From contig CATNEN010000001.1 in assembly GCA_950097015.1 (NCBI GenBank), forward strand, positions 19,282,001 to 19,346,000: 64,000 bases of DNA, written 5' to 3'. The first letter of the stretch is position 1, and the number at the start of each line of letters is the position of its first letter. This DNA is from Macrostomum hystrix. Lineage: Eukaryota; Animalia; Platyhelminthes. Shown in pieces: positions 26,096 through 37,853 of the stretch. Under the pieces are notes generated by a model that saw nothing but the letters and a program-made list of their open reading frames with translations, was not told the origin of the DNA and did no database searches. Position numbers and translations under genes: made by a program.

Positions 26096-26933
26096 CTAGG
26101 GGTGTAAATTGAGTGGTGCCTGTTAGGCGGTTGGGTAGTGCCGGCTGCCCGTCATTCTGTTGTTTCAGACCGTTTTGATTGGCTCGGCCTTGTCTTTGCC
26201 TTCTCTCACCCTCCTCCTCCGTCCCTTCTCTGTGTGTCCTGAGCCGCCACCTGATTGGCTGGACGCGGGTGTTGTCTGTCAAACCTTACCCCAGCCCTGC
26301 GTGGCTTTGCCCCTCCCGCCAATCAGCCCTGCGTGGCTTGCCCGTCCACCAGCCAGCGCGTACAGCCCTCCCTCCCTGCACGCTGATGGCTTGACTTTGG
26401 TGGTTTGTGCACCGCTAACCATGTCTGACCCACTCCCTCAGGTAGCTGCCCTATTTTTGTAGCATCGTCTGCCCCGTACCTGGGTTTTCGATCCGTAATG
26501 ACGGTCTCTCACTGCGAAGACTAAATTTATTGCATGAAAGAAATCTCATATGCCAGCGCCAATTCCTTACTGCACGATCTTACTATGGAGTACTGCAGGA
26601 GCGTCCAAACGCCTGGTTCATTGATTAGCGTAGTTTCAAATAATAGTACTGTAGGCTGGGGATCCGGAACTGACCGCAGTCACTGCACTTGCAAAAAGCA
26701 ACTAGAAAGTATATATCTGCGGGTGAATATTTCACGAGGTAAGTAGCCGAGTTGGCTTCTATTCTTTAGCAGGCATGAAAGCGCAGAATGCTTTCTGCCA
26801 AACATTCCTCAATTTTACTGCCCATTGACTCAGAAAACACAGCGCTGTGTGAGAAGACAATCACGTCGTTTGTGCAAAAATGGCTGTAAAATTCCAGTCC
26901 AGAATATCAGCGGAATCACTGCAGCGAAGTGCT

Positions 26934-27935
26934 TCAGTGATTCGAAAAGAGCCGTCTAATCTGTTCCTCCGTCAGCACCGAGTTGGCCACAGCGACGGCT
27001 CTGACCACGCCGTCCAGTAGGCCAGCAGTCAAACTGCGCCATCCGACCTTCAGGCAGAATTCTCTTTCACTAAAATTCGAGTTGGAAAACAATTTGAGCG
27101 CAGCTTCAGGTAGAAAAGCAGTTCCCAGAAAAAACTTGCAGCCGCCAGCCGACCTATTAAACACAACACCTGCAATGAAAAACTGCTCTGGCACTTTGGG
27201 CAGCACCGATCCTGTCCCAAACCGGCTCGGCTGACCAGGGTTCAGGTAGAGAGCGTGGCTGACACCAGAGCCAAAACTGTACTCCCAGAAGTGATCGCTA
27301 TAGCCGCTTGATCCGCATCTGAAAAGCTCAACGAACGACTGATCGCTGGGCTTTCTCCTCAGGTGCAGCACCCAGGTGTAGGAGCCTGAGAAGTCCAGAC
27401 CGACCGGATCGTCCACCCACAGTCGAGACGACACTCCGTCCATGCGAGCGCCCTCACTCGTCCACGTCACATTGCTGGATCTCATGGGATTCCTCTGTCC
27501 ACCAGGGCCGCACACCACATTCTCCAGAGCCGGTCCCCTGTCTCCAACCCACACAGCACTGAAGTGCTCGTTCGCCGTGATGGCATCGTACTCAGAGTCC
27601 ACAATGATCTCGCAGTCAAACTGATCTCGCAGTCCAGCAGTCGATGAGCTGATGTTGAAGAGGCTGAGCAGGTGGCACACCTGACTGAATCGGAACAGCG
27701 CGCACGAGGCATTTCGTCGTGTTCGCTGCACCACGCCGACGCTGTTGAGCTGGAACTCGCGACTCGACACGAAGCAGTCAATTAGGGAGACAGAAGGCTT
27801 CTGCCACGTCGACAGCGACTCGCTAAGACACTGAGACCGGCCAAGTCTGTAATGACTCAGGACAAACGATTCTTCAGATGGTTTAAGGCAGGCTAGAATT
27901 ATCAAAGCTACAGTAAGCACTACTTTGTATGACAT
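26934..27935 (-). CDS. Array copy B: secreted PAN-like + LamG-like protein (N-type 2, C-type beta), single exon, 333 aa
   Basis: ATG plus hydrophobic signal peptide MSYKVVLTVALIILACLKP. Core shared with A, C and E. Ends LDGVVRAVAVANSVLTEEQIRRLF. Confidence 0.75.
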   Translation of the reverse strand: MSYKVVLTVALIILACLKPSEESFVLSHYRLGRSQCLSESLSTWQKPSVSLIDCFVSSREFQLNSVGVVQRTRRNASCALFRFSQVCHLLSLFNISSSTAGLRDQFDCEIIVDSEYDAITANEHFSAVWVGDRGPALENVVCGPGGQRNPMRSSNVTWTSEGARMDGVSSRLWVDDPVGLDFSGSYTWVLHLRRKPSDQSFVELFRCGSSGYSDHFWEYSFGSGVSHALYLNPGQPSRFGTGSVLPKVPEQFFIAGVVFNRSAGGCKFFLGTAFLPEAALKLFSNSNFSEREFCLKVGWRSLTAGLLDGVVRAVAVANSVLTEEQIRRLFSNH

Positions 27936-28318
27936 TTTTCTTTTCTTTTTGTGGCGGTCGATGTTTGCAAGACAAATTTCTCTCTGCTGTTTTACGCGTG
28001 TTTAGAGTGAGAGAGTTTTATCATATTCTTCATGCTAGATTGAGTCTGATTGGCATTTGACATTGTGTGAATAGTTACAGGTGCCGCGTGTTTTGCAGGT
28101 GATCACACATTTTTCTCAGAGCTTTTGATGAATGCTTGTTGAGAAGATCAACTGTTGTACTGGAAATACATGCTGAACTAAGCTTTCAAGTCACTCGCGA
28201 GAACACAGGGGCAACCAGAGTGAAGCCCACAGTTTTGCTTGAAGTTAGGGCATTTTCTTAGAAAACCTCCTTTGACGGAGTTGATCGGAACTAGAGAACA
28301 ATGTCATATGCCTTAAAC

Positions 28319-28391
28319 AATCGTTTGTCCTGAGTCATTACAGACTTGGCCGGTCTCAGTGTCTTAGCGAGTCGCTGTCGACTTGGCAGAA
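28319..28391 (+). repeat. Inverted 73-bp duplicate of the copy B N-terminal coding sequence (repeated at 32474-32546)
   Basis: Reverse complement of ~27798-27870 with one mismatch. Confidence 0.9.
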
Positions 28392-28489
28392 CAAATTTGT
28401 AAATAATTTTCACCGGTAAAGTCCAATGTAGAGAACATTTGACTTTCTCTTCATATGCAGCACTCACAAGTGGGAAGGAGCCAGTTCAA

Positions 28490-28618
28490 ACCGATTGGGT
28501 CGACCGACCAACCGCAGTCGAGGTGAGACTCACTCATCCACGTCACATGCTGGATCTCAGGGGATTCCTTTGTCCATCAGGACCACATTCTCCAGAGCCG
28601 GTCCCTTGTATCCAACCG
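28490..28618 (-). pseudogene. Degenerate fragment of the array core (the second copy is split by the transposon at 32693/41493)
   Basis: CAGTCGAG...CACTCATCCACGTCACATGCTGGATCTCAGGGGATTCC...CCACATTCTCCAGAGCCGGTCC aligns to the core with deletions. Confidence 0.85.
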
Positions 28619-29242
28619 AGGACTTCTAAGATACTTCTAGGTGGTTCTTGTATCGAACCAAGGACTACTGAAGTACTAGCTAAGCACTAGTGGTCCTTGT
28701 ATCCAACCTTGGTTGTATCCTTATCTCTGACAGAAGCGGATACTGAAGCGTAGAGCTAGATTCTAATCAGCTTTAGTAAAACAAAATAAAAAATCCGGAA
28801 TTAATGCAGACCTACTCCAGCGTAAGAATGGATTGTAACACTCACTTATCGAATTTATAAAATCGTGGAACTAACGCACAAAACATTAAATTTCAGTAGA
28901 AGTATTCAGAAAACATAATTGAAACCAAGAAAAACAACACAGTTGAGTTTTTTAAAAGATCTACCAAAATGTATTGCTAGGGTATATTCGAAATCTAAGT
29001 CAGCAATGTTTGTTGTGCAAAAAGCATCGATGTACTAGCTACGTAAAAGTAGATTAAGTGCAAATTAAGATAATTATGACAACATGAAGTTTCAGTTTCC
29101 ATGGCCCGACTACTAAAAAACAGTTCGCGAAGATAAAGCATTACATTATCACCAAATTACAAATCTTAAGCATGTTAGAAAAAAATTTGCTCATAAGAGG
29201 AAAAGCTAGGATGAGACAACTAAACGAGACTCCTGTTCCTGC

Positions 29243-30250
29243 TCACAGCAGGTGGAACAGCATGCGGATCTGGCTCTCCGACAGCGCCGTGTTGGCGACG
29301 GCCACCGCACGGACCGAACCCTGCAACATGTACGAGTCAAGATCCCGCCAACCGACTTGAAGGCACGACTTGGTCATGAGTGGAAACAGACTGGGAGACA
29401 GTAGCAGCACGGCAGAATCTGGCAAAAAGTTGGAGCCGATGAAAAACTGGGCTTTGACAGCAATGCTATCAAAGACGACACCGACAACAATGAGCTGCTC
29501 AGAGTCAGTTGGTAGGACAGCCTTGAGAGACTCGTATCTCTCTTTTGAGTTCATCGGGTTCAGGTACAATTTTTTTGAAACTAGTCTATCACTGAATTCC
29601 CAAAAATGGGAAAAGATCAAATCTCTTTTCAACTGGCACTCATTCAGCTCGATGAAGCAGCATTGCTTCGGAGTTCTCTTCAGGTGCAGCACCCAGGTGT
29701 AGGAGCCTGAGAAGTCCAGACCGACCGGATCGTCCACCCACAGTCGAGACGACACTCCGTCCATGCGAGCGCCCTCACTCGTCCACGTCACATTGCTGGA
29801 TCTCATGGGATTCCTCTGTCCACCAGGGCCGCACACCACATTCTCCAGAGCCGGTCCTCTGTCTCCAACCCACACAGCACTGAAGTGCTCGTTCGCAGTG
29901 ATGGCATCGTACTCAGAGTCCACAATGATCTCGCAATCAAACTGATCTCGCAGTCCAGCAGTCGATGAGCTGATGTTGAAGAGGCTGAGCAGGTGGCACA
30001 CCTGACTGAATCGGAACAGCGCGCACGAGGCGTCTCGCTTGCTCCACTGCACCACGCCGACGCTGTTGAGCTGGAACTCGCGACTCGACACGAAGCAGTC
30101 GAGCAGGGAGACAGAAGGCTTCTGCCACGTCGACGGCGACTCGCTAAGACACTGAGCCCGGCCAACTCGGTACTGACTCACAACGTAGAATTGCTATGAA
30201 AGTTTTGCGAGCAATAATATGAGGAGCGTCCAAGCTATCGCTGTGGATCG
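29243..30250 (-). CDS. Array copy C: chimeric gene (N-type 1 from A + C-type gamma from E)
   Basis: 5' part and upstream flank match copy A (offset 4155). 3' part and downstream flank match copy E (offset 12958). Confidence 0.7.
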
Positions 30251-31088
30251 CTAGGGGTGTAAATTGAGTGGTGCCTGTTAGGCGGTTGGGTAGTGCCGGC
30301 TGCCCGTCATTCTGTTGTTTCAGACCGTTTTGATTGGCTCGGCCTTGTCTTTGCCTTCTCTCACCCTCCTCCTCCGTCCCTTCTCTGTGTGTCCTGAGCC
30401 GCCACCTGATTGGCTGGACGCGGGTGTTGTCTGTCAAACCTTACCCCAGCCCTGCGTGGCTTTGCCCCTCCCGCCAATCAGCCCTGCGTGGCTTGCCCGT
30501 CCACCAGCCAGCGCGTACAGCCCTCCCTCCCTGCACGCTGATGGCTTGACTTTGGTGGTTTGTGCACCGCTAACCATGTCTGACCCACTCCCTCAGGTAG
30601 CTGCCCTATTTTTGTAGCATCGTCTGCCCCGTACCTGGGTTTTCGATCCGTAATGACGGTCTCTCACTGCGAAGACTAAATTTATTGCATGAAAGAAATC
30701 TCATATGCCAGCGCCAATTCCTTACTGCACGATCTTACTATGGAGTACTGCAGGAGCGTCCAAACGCCTGGTTCATTGATTAGCGTAGTTTCAAATAATA
30801 GTACTGTAGGCTGGGGATCCGGAACTGACCGCAGTCACTGCACTTGCAAAAAGCAACTAGAAAGTATATATCTGCGGGTGAATATTTCACGAGGTAAGTA
30901 GCCGAGTTGGCTTCTATTCTTTAGCAGGCATGAAAGCGCAGAATGCTTTCTGCCAAACATTCCTCAATTTTACTGCCCATTGACTCAGAAAACACAGCGC
31001 TGTGTGAGAAGACAATCACGTCGTTTGTGCAAAAATGGCTGTAAAATTCCAGTCCAGAATATCAGCGGAATCACTGCAGCGAAGTGCT

Positions 31089-32090
31089 TCAGTGATTCGA
31101 AAAGAGCCGTCTAATCTGTTCCTCCGTCAGCACCGAGTTGGCCACAGCGACGGCTCTGACCACGCCGTCCAGTAGGCCAGCAGTCAAACTGCGCCATCCG
31201 ACCTTCAGGCAGAATTCTCTTTCACTAAAATTCGAGTTGGAAAACAATTTGAGCGCAGCTTCAGGTAGAAAAGCAGTTCCCAGAAAAAACTTGCAGCCGC
31301 CAGCCGACCTATTAAACACAACACCTGCAATGAAAAACTGCTCTGGCACTTTGGGCAGCACCGATCCTGTCCCAAACCGGCTCGGCTGACCAGGGTTCAG
31401 GTAGAGAGCGTGGCTGACACCAGAGCCAAAACTGTACTCCCAGAAGTGATCGCTATAGCCGCTTGATCCGCATCTGAAAAGCTCAACGAACGACTGATCG
31501 CTGGGCTTTCTCCTCAGGTGCAGCACCCAGGTGTAGGAGCCTGAGAAGTCCAGACCGACCGGATCGTCCACCCACAGTCGAGACGACACTCCGTCCATGC
31601 GAGCGCCCTCACTCGTCCACGTCACATTGCTGGATCTCATGGGATTCCTCTGTCCACCAGGGCCGCACACCACATTCTCCAGAGCCGGTCCCCTGTCTCC
31701 AACCCACACAGCACTGAAGTGCTCGTTCGCCGTGATGGCATCGTACTCAGAGTCCACAATGATCTCGCAGTCAAACTGATCTCGCAGTCCAGCAGTCGAT
31801 GAGCTGATGTTGAAGAGGCTGAGCAGGTGGCACACCTGACTGAATCGGAACAGCGCGCACGAGGCATTTCGTCGTGTTCGCTGCACCACGCCGACGCTGT
31901 TGAGCTGGAACTCGCGACTCGACACGAAGCAGTCAATTAGGGAGACAGAAGGCTTCTGCCACGTCGACAGCGACTCGCTAAGACACTGAGACCGGCCAAG
32001 TCTGTAATGACTCAGGACAAACGATTCTTCAGATGGTTTAAGGCAGGCTAGAATTATCAAAGCTACAGTAAGCACTACTTTGTATGACAT
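31089..32090 (-). CDS. Array copy D, identical duplicate of copy B
   Basis: Same 333-aa translation as 26934-27935. Confidence 0.75.
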   Translation of the reverse strand: MSYKVVLTVALIILACLKPSEESFVLSHYRLGRSQCLSESLSTWQKPSVSLIDCFVSSREFQLNSVGVVQRTRRNASCALFRFSQVCHLLSLFNISSSTAGLRDQFDCEIIVDSEYDAITANEHFSAVWVGDRGPALENVVCGPGGQRNPMRSSNVTWTSEGARMDGVSSRLWVDDPVGLDFSGSYTWVLHLRRKPSDQSFVELFRCGSSGYSDHFWEYSFGSGVSHALYLNPGQPSRFGTGSVLPKVPEQFFIAGVVFNRSAGGCKFFLGTAFLPEAALKLFSNSNFSEREFCLKVGWRSLTAGLLDGVVRAVAVANSVLTEEQIRRLFSNH

Positions 32091-33286
32091 TTTTCTTTTC
32101 TTTTTGTGGCGGTCGATGTTTGCAAGACAAATTTCTCTCTGCTGTTTTACGCGTGTTTAGAGTGAGAGAGTTTTATCATATTCTTCATGCTAGATTGAGT
32201 CTGATTGGCATTTGACATTGTGTGAATAGTTACAGGTGCCGCGTGTTTTGCAGGTGATCACACATTTTTCTCAGAGCTTTTGATGAATGCTTGTTGAGAA
32301 GATCAACTGTTGTACTGGAAATACATGCTGAACTAAGCTTTCAAGTCACTCGCGAGAACACAGGGGCAACCAGAGTGAAGCCCACAGTTTTGCTTGAAGT
32401 TAGGGCATTTTCTTAGAAAACCTCCTTTGACGGAGTTGATCGGAACTAGAGAACAATGTCATATGCCTTAAACAATCGTTTGTCCTGAGTCATTACAGAC
32501 TTGGCCGGTCTCAGTGTCTTAGCGAGTCGCTGTCGACTTGGCAGAACAAATTTGTAAATAATTTTCACCGGTAAAGTCCAATGTAGAGAACATTTGACTT
32601 TCTCTTCATATGCAGCACTCACAAGTGGGAAGGAGCCAGTTCAAACCGATTGGGTCGACCGACCAACCGCAGTCGAGGTGAGACTCACTCATCCCCAGTG
32701 GGAAAAAACGTTCCGCCTGACGTTCCGGCGACCGTCCGTTTTTGGTCGGGCGACCGGATTTTAGGCGGTATTAATGTCCGCACGCCTGGCGCGCCGGGCG
32801 GGCCCGCCCCGGGCGACTGTTATATATATTTTTAGCTTAAAATCCTTTCAATCTACTGTTAGTAGCATGTGATGAAACTCCATGAGTCTGATTTCTAGCT
32901 AGCTGCTTCCCATTCCCGCTTTCCGCTCGCTACCCGCTTATTGCTCCCGCTCCTCGCTACCCGCTCCTGTCCCACTCATTCCCGTGTTACTACGCGTTGA
33001 ATCGATTATTCCAGTACGTCACATCAGCAAGATAATGGAACTAGTATACCCTGCATGAGAGGCGTAAATATTTTATTTAAGCTAGCATTTTCGATTGTAT
33101 TTACGAGCGTATAATTTAAGTAGTAAAAAATTACATTTAATAATATGGAACATGCAACATAAAGTTATGACACGCAAGACATGGCATAAATTAAAGTAAA
33201 AAGTGCGAAGCTCAAATGTAAAATTAAGTTAAGTAATGCATTTTTCAGTTCAGGGGATTTCTGTTTCAGCATAATAAATAAAGTTT

Positions 33287-35533
33287 TCAGCTGGACGGAT
33301 CTTCGTCCGAAGAATCCGAAATAAGTGCCACCATTGTTCGGCGCCTCTTGGCTTGCGGTTGCAGCTCGCTGCGTGGCTGCTGCACGTCTGCTAAAGCAGC
33401 TGGCGAAGCTACCAGACTGAGGCGCTGACGCGGCTCGGGTCTCGGCGTCAGGTGCAGTCTGCAGCCCGTTGCTGCCGGCGACTCTGCGAGACCGATTGAT
33501 GAAGCTGCAGCCGCCTGCTCAGGCGTGCCGGTGTGAAGACGAGCCGGATGGCCATCAGTTCGACGCCTGTGCACTCTCGGCGTTGATCGATCGCTGGCAT
33601 GCTTTAGAACGGCCTTAATGGCCTCCTTGACATCATGCTTCAGCGTCTGCGGCGGCTTCTCCGGTGGCTTGTAGAAGCCTTTAGCAGTGTCTGATGTGTT
33701 AAATGAAGTAAGGTAATACCTTATAAACAAATTTACGTTTTTTGCATGCGTAAAAACTCAGCTACTTGCTAGTAGTTTGGTTTAAAAATACAGTAGCGGC
33801 ATGAAATTTGAATTTTGGTACTCTTTAATTCTTCAAAGTTGTTTAAGGGTTGCTACTTGCAGTAGGATATAAAGAATAGTAGATGATGTGAAATATGTTA
33901 TTCGTATACGGCACTTCTTATCTGAATTTTCCCGAAGGCAATACTGATTCTTACCAAAAAAAATGTCCAAGAAATTCTGCCGAACGCTGAGCTGTTTCTC
34001 ACTGAGCTCGGTCGGAACTTCTCGCAAAGCCCTAGCAGGCATTCCAAGTCCCGTCAGGTTAACCCCGCACTGGAAGGCTGGCGTCATTGCGGTGTCCAAC
34101 ATCATCCGCACGGAGGAGCGTAAATCTGCACCCTGGCAGCAGTGCAGCAACGCCACCTGTTCGGGTGAAACAGGTGGGAGAGCAAATTACTACGATTATG
34201 TGTGCTCCTATTGTACCTGAGAACAATCTGAGTACCTCAGCGTCAAATCTGTTCGACACACCCTATTGCACCACATATAATGAGCTCACCAATTCGCGAA
34301 TGTTCTCCAAGGGAGATATCGCAAAGTGGACATAATCCTGCCAACTTGAAATTGGCCAGAATCTTGTCTGCGGCTCGCCTGCCGTGTCCGGCTCGCCTAC
34401 CGAAGCGGCAGCTGAAGCAGGCGACGGCGCAACTGAGGCAGCGGATAATCTGGCGTAAGCCGCTCGCAAGCCAGCCATTTCCTGACGCAGAGCCGACTGC
34501 TCCCTTTCCCTGGTGGCGTGCTCGTCTGTCAGTTTACGCAGCAGGCAGAGCAACAGAAAGCTGTGGCCCTCTGAACTCGTCAGGCTGCAGTTCATCGCAG
34601 CCTGGGCTTTCTCTCCTAGCCGACGGATGACCTCGTTACCCGGCCAATTCAGGAAAGCCAGATCGGCTCGGGGTTCGAACTCCATCGCGTCGCCCGCTGC
34701 AGTTGCTGCTGCTGCTGCTGCTGCCGCATTCGGGGACTTCGGCCGGCAAGACGCGTCGGCGTCGCTGTCCGCCGCAGCTGCAGCCCCTGTCGGCGACTCC
34801 GGCCGACAAGACGCATCAGCGCCACTGTCCGCTGCAGCCACGGATACAGCCACCGTCCGAGCATCCTCATCGTCCGATGACTGCAACTCGTCGTCGTCCT
34901 CAGGGGCAAGTTGCGCCTCCGTAGTTGCGCGGCCTCGCTGAAAATTGATGAGCGACTTGGTCCGACAGGTCTCTTGAACGTCGGAGTCCTCGACCGCTGC
35001 CGTCGCTTTGGTGGCGCGCCCGTTTACAAAGGCATCGCTGTCGAGATCGGACTGCTCAGACTTCTCACCCTGCGCAATCGAGAAAGCAATTTGCAAATAC
35101 TTTAGGATCGTATATAGATAGATAGATAGATAAATGCAGGAATTTATTTTCCGTTTATTATATAACGAACCTGTGCCTGATACAGACGGCGGGCTAGCTT
35201 GGCATCCGAGGGCTCAAAGACTCGCGGCCTCAGCTTAATGAGAATGTCTGGTATGCTCATTCTCTTCTGCAGCAGTTTCCGGACGTAGCGGATACTGACC
35301 TCCGTGTCCGTCGGCACCAACTGGTTTGGATCTTCCAGGTGCACCTGGATGATGATCGCGTTGTACGCTACGCCTTCGTAGGTCGCGTCGCACATCCAGG
35401 CTTCCTGGGCGTCTTTTTTCTCCAACCACTTCTCCCGCGACCATCCCTCCATTTCGCTGGGAAGGAAGACGTTGGTCTCAGGAACTTCCACAACCTGTCT
35501 GTCCTTTTTGAAAATTACGATGAATTTCATCAT
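33287..35533 (-). CDS. Transposon accessory gene, spliced (approx. 35533-35171, 35099-34290, 34156-~33955, ~33720-33287), DUF4806-like
   Basis: In-frame GT-AG joins QAQ|YLQI and ENIREL|VALLHCCQGADLRSSVRMML. Motifs FWPISS, VNLTG and IKAVLKHASDR resemble DUF4806 proteins that accompany animal EnSpm transposases. Confidence 0.55.
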
Positions 35534-35852
35534 GTCGTAGACTCTCAGTTGAGTTTGGCTTCTGAATAGTTAGGACACTATATTCATATACCTGAGCTCA
35601 ACTCAACTCAACGATCTATTACTCAGCCCCCCCCCGATGCAGGTTGCTCATTGGCTGCCTGGGATTCACGTTTGGGATCACTTCCTCAGCCGCTCCCTGC
35701 ACATTCCCCAACTCCGTCTCCCTCTCCGTCAACCCTCTTTCTTTTTTAATTTTTCGTTATCACATTTTCTTACTACAGAATGTAATGCTATAATGCTATT
35801 ATTTCTACTATAATACTGGTACAATGACTATTCCTTTAATAGAAAAATCATA

Positions 35853-37853
35853 TTGACCCCTATAGATAGAATGTATACAAGCAGGCAAAAGCGGCGGCGT
35901 GTTGAGCAGCTGACTGATCTTCTGTTTAGTACCGACCGCAGGGCTAATACAAATGCAAAGTGCACTGTGAATGCTGTGAGCCAGGTAGAGTCGCAAGAGG
36001 CTGAAGACGTGCTGCAGGAAGTGGCTGCTGAATCACTCCACCACCCTGTTTGCGTTGACGAGCTGCCAGAGGAGCCTCTGACAAGCGGCTTAGAGCAAGA
36101 AGAGGCCATTTTCGACTCCGAACTCCGCGTGGAAGATCAGCGGAGCATGGAAACGAAGCTGCTCGACCTTCTCGTTGTCTTCTTCGTTCTCTACAATGTC
36201 CCTCGGGAGGGCATTGACTTCCTTTGCCAAGGACTCAACAAGCTTGGAGTACCGGCCCCGAAGTCTGCTTACGTGATTCGGAGTCGTCTGGAGGAAAGCA
36301 AGTCCGGAGGAAAGGAGCAGAAGATGTCCATGGTGAAAGTTGGTGAGGGGTACTTCAGGTACATTTCTATAGTCTCTAATCTCAAATGGCTATTCTCGAA
36401 AGGTCTCTTAAGACTCACAACACCAGATCCCTTGAGTTCAACGGACGAATATAAAGTCTACAGCTTGAATGCTTTTGTGAACTCTGACGGCCTCCCAACT
36501 TTTAAGTCGTCCAACTTTGGTCTATGGCCTCTTCTGATGAGGATTCCCGAGGTCTTCGCCAGGCCCTTTGCTATTGGACTTTATGCTGGCAAAGGCAAAG
36601 CCCCACTTGACGACTATCTTCGCGAATTCTGCAAGGAGGCCACAGAACTGTCAAGACAGCCGGTGAAAATATGCGACTCGATTGGCATAATGTTTAAAAG
36701 CTTTTGCTTCGTTGTGGACACCCCCGCTCGATCGTACCTGTGTAGAATCGCAGGACACACTGCTTACGATGGGTGCAGCTATTGCCGAGCCCATGGGCTT
36801 TATGTTCAGGGCAGAGTGACTTTTCCTACGAAGGTCGAAGCACCTAGAAGTGCAAAAGAATACCGCGCAGGACAGGAAACCAATCAGGCGAATAGAAGAC
36901 TGTCGCCATTGCTGAATGTTCCGAATGTCGACTTTGTCAAGTCCTTTCCGGTCGAGGTTCAGCATGCAGTTTTTTTGGGAACCGTTCGCCGACTGTTTAC
37001 TTATCTGTTTGACAAGGATGAGGGCCGGAACTGCAAGATTAAGCCAAAAAAGATTAGTCTTCTGTCTGACAGGATAGAGTCGATCGCCAGCTGGACTCCT
37101 TCAGAATTTCAGCGGAGACCCAGGAGATTGGACAAGGACCTCAAGTTTCTGAAGGCCAGTGAATACAGGCAATGGGTTCTGTACCTAGCACCTGTACTTT
37201 TTAAGGGCGTTCTGCCTGACTACCTGTTCGACAATTTCATGCTGCTGCACTACGCACTCTTCGTGTACTCCTCACCTCGCCACTCAAAGCGCTTCATTCA
37301 GGCAAAGACTTCAATTGAGGTTTTCGTGCAGCAATGTGCCACTTACTTCGGGCAGGTGTCCATTAGCTATAATATGCATGCACTTCTGCACCTGGATGAC
37401 TTCGTCCGGCACTATGGAGGACTGGCAGACATCACGACATTTCCCTTCGAAAATTACCTAGGCGGACTCAAACGGCGCATCAAAGTTACGCGACACATGG
37501 CTGCCCATTCAGTGAAACAGATTCTGCTGCTTCGAGAACTAACTACAGACGATGCAGTACGCCGGATCCAGTTTTCCAACAAGAAGCGGGACAACTGCTG
37601 CTATATTAGCAAGAAAGTCGTTTTAATCGACAACATCAGTGGAGCTGTGGCGGAGGGGAGAGTCCTGCAACCTGTGGAGAACGTGTACACGTATCCCTAC
37701 AAATCTTTGACTTTGGGCATTGGTGTCTACCGCCTGACTGAAGAGTCTGCAACTGGTAGTCCGACCCACAAGTGCTGGCTTCTGCCGCATGTCGACTGTG
37801 CGAGGTCTGATCTCTTCTTCGTGATTCCGCTGGCTGGAGAAGATGGATATTAG
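35853..37853 (+). CDS. EnSpm/CACTA-family DDE transposase, 666 aa (the true start may be the ATG at 35871)
   Basis: NSDGLPTFKSS...WPLL, DTPARSY...GHTAYDGCSYC, KASEYRQW, YNMHALLHL and FPFENYLG motifs. No stops. Confidence 0.93.
   Translation: MTPIDRMYTSRQKRRRVEQLTDLLFSTDRRANTNAKCTVNAVSQVESQEAEDVLQEVAAESLHHPVCVDELPEEPLTSGLEQEEAIFDSELRVEDQRSMETKLLDLLVVFFVLYNVPREGIDFLCQGLNKLGVPAPKSAYVIRSRLEESKSGGKEQKMSMVKVGEGYFRYISIVSNLKWLFSKGLLRLTTPDPLSSTDEYKVYSLNAFVNSDGLPTFKSSNFGLWPLLMRIPEVFARPFAIGLYAGKGKAPLDDYLREFCKEATELSRQPVKICDSIGIMFKSFCFVVDTPARSYLCRIAGHTAYDGCSYCRAHGLYVQGRVTFPTKVEAPRSAKEYRAGQETNQANRRLSPLLNVPNVDFVKSFPVEVQHAVFLGTVRRLFTYLFDKDEGRNCKIKPKKISLLSDRIESIASWTPSEFQRRPRRLDKDLKFLKASEYRQWVLYLAPVLFKGVLPDYLFDNFMLLHYALFVYSSPRHSKRFIQAKTSIEVFVQQCATYFGQVSISYNMHALLHLDDFVRHYGGLADITTFPFENYLGGLKRRIKVTRHMAAHSVKQILLLRELTTDDAVRRIQFSNKKRDNCCYISKKVVLIDNISGAVAEGRVLQPVENVYTYPYKSLTLGIGVYRLTEESATGSPTHKCWLLPHVDCARSDLFFVIPLAGEDGY

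Larger units (their letters stand above)
25720..32693. repeat. Near-identical 4155-bp tandem segmental duplication (second copy continues at 41497-~43020 after the transposon)
   Basis: Identical ORF sets at offset 4155 (26934/31089, 26160/30315, 26534/30689) and at offset 12958 = 4155+8799+4 (29243/42201). Confidence 0.95.
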
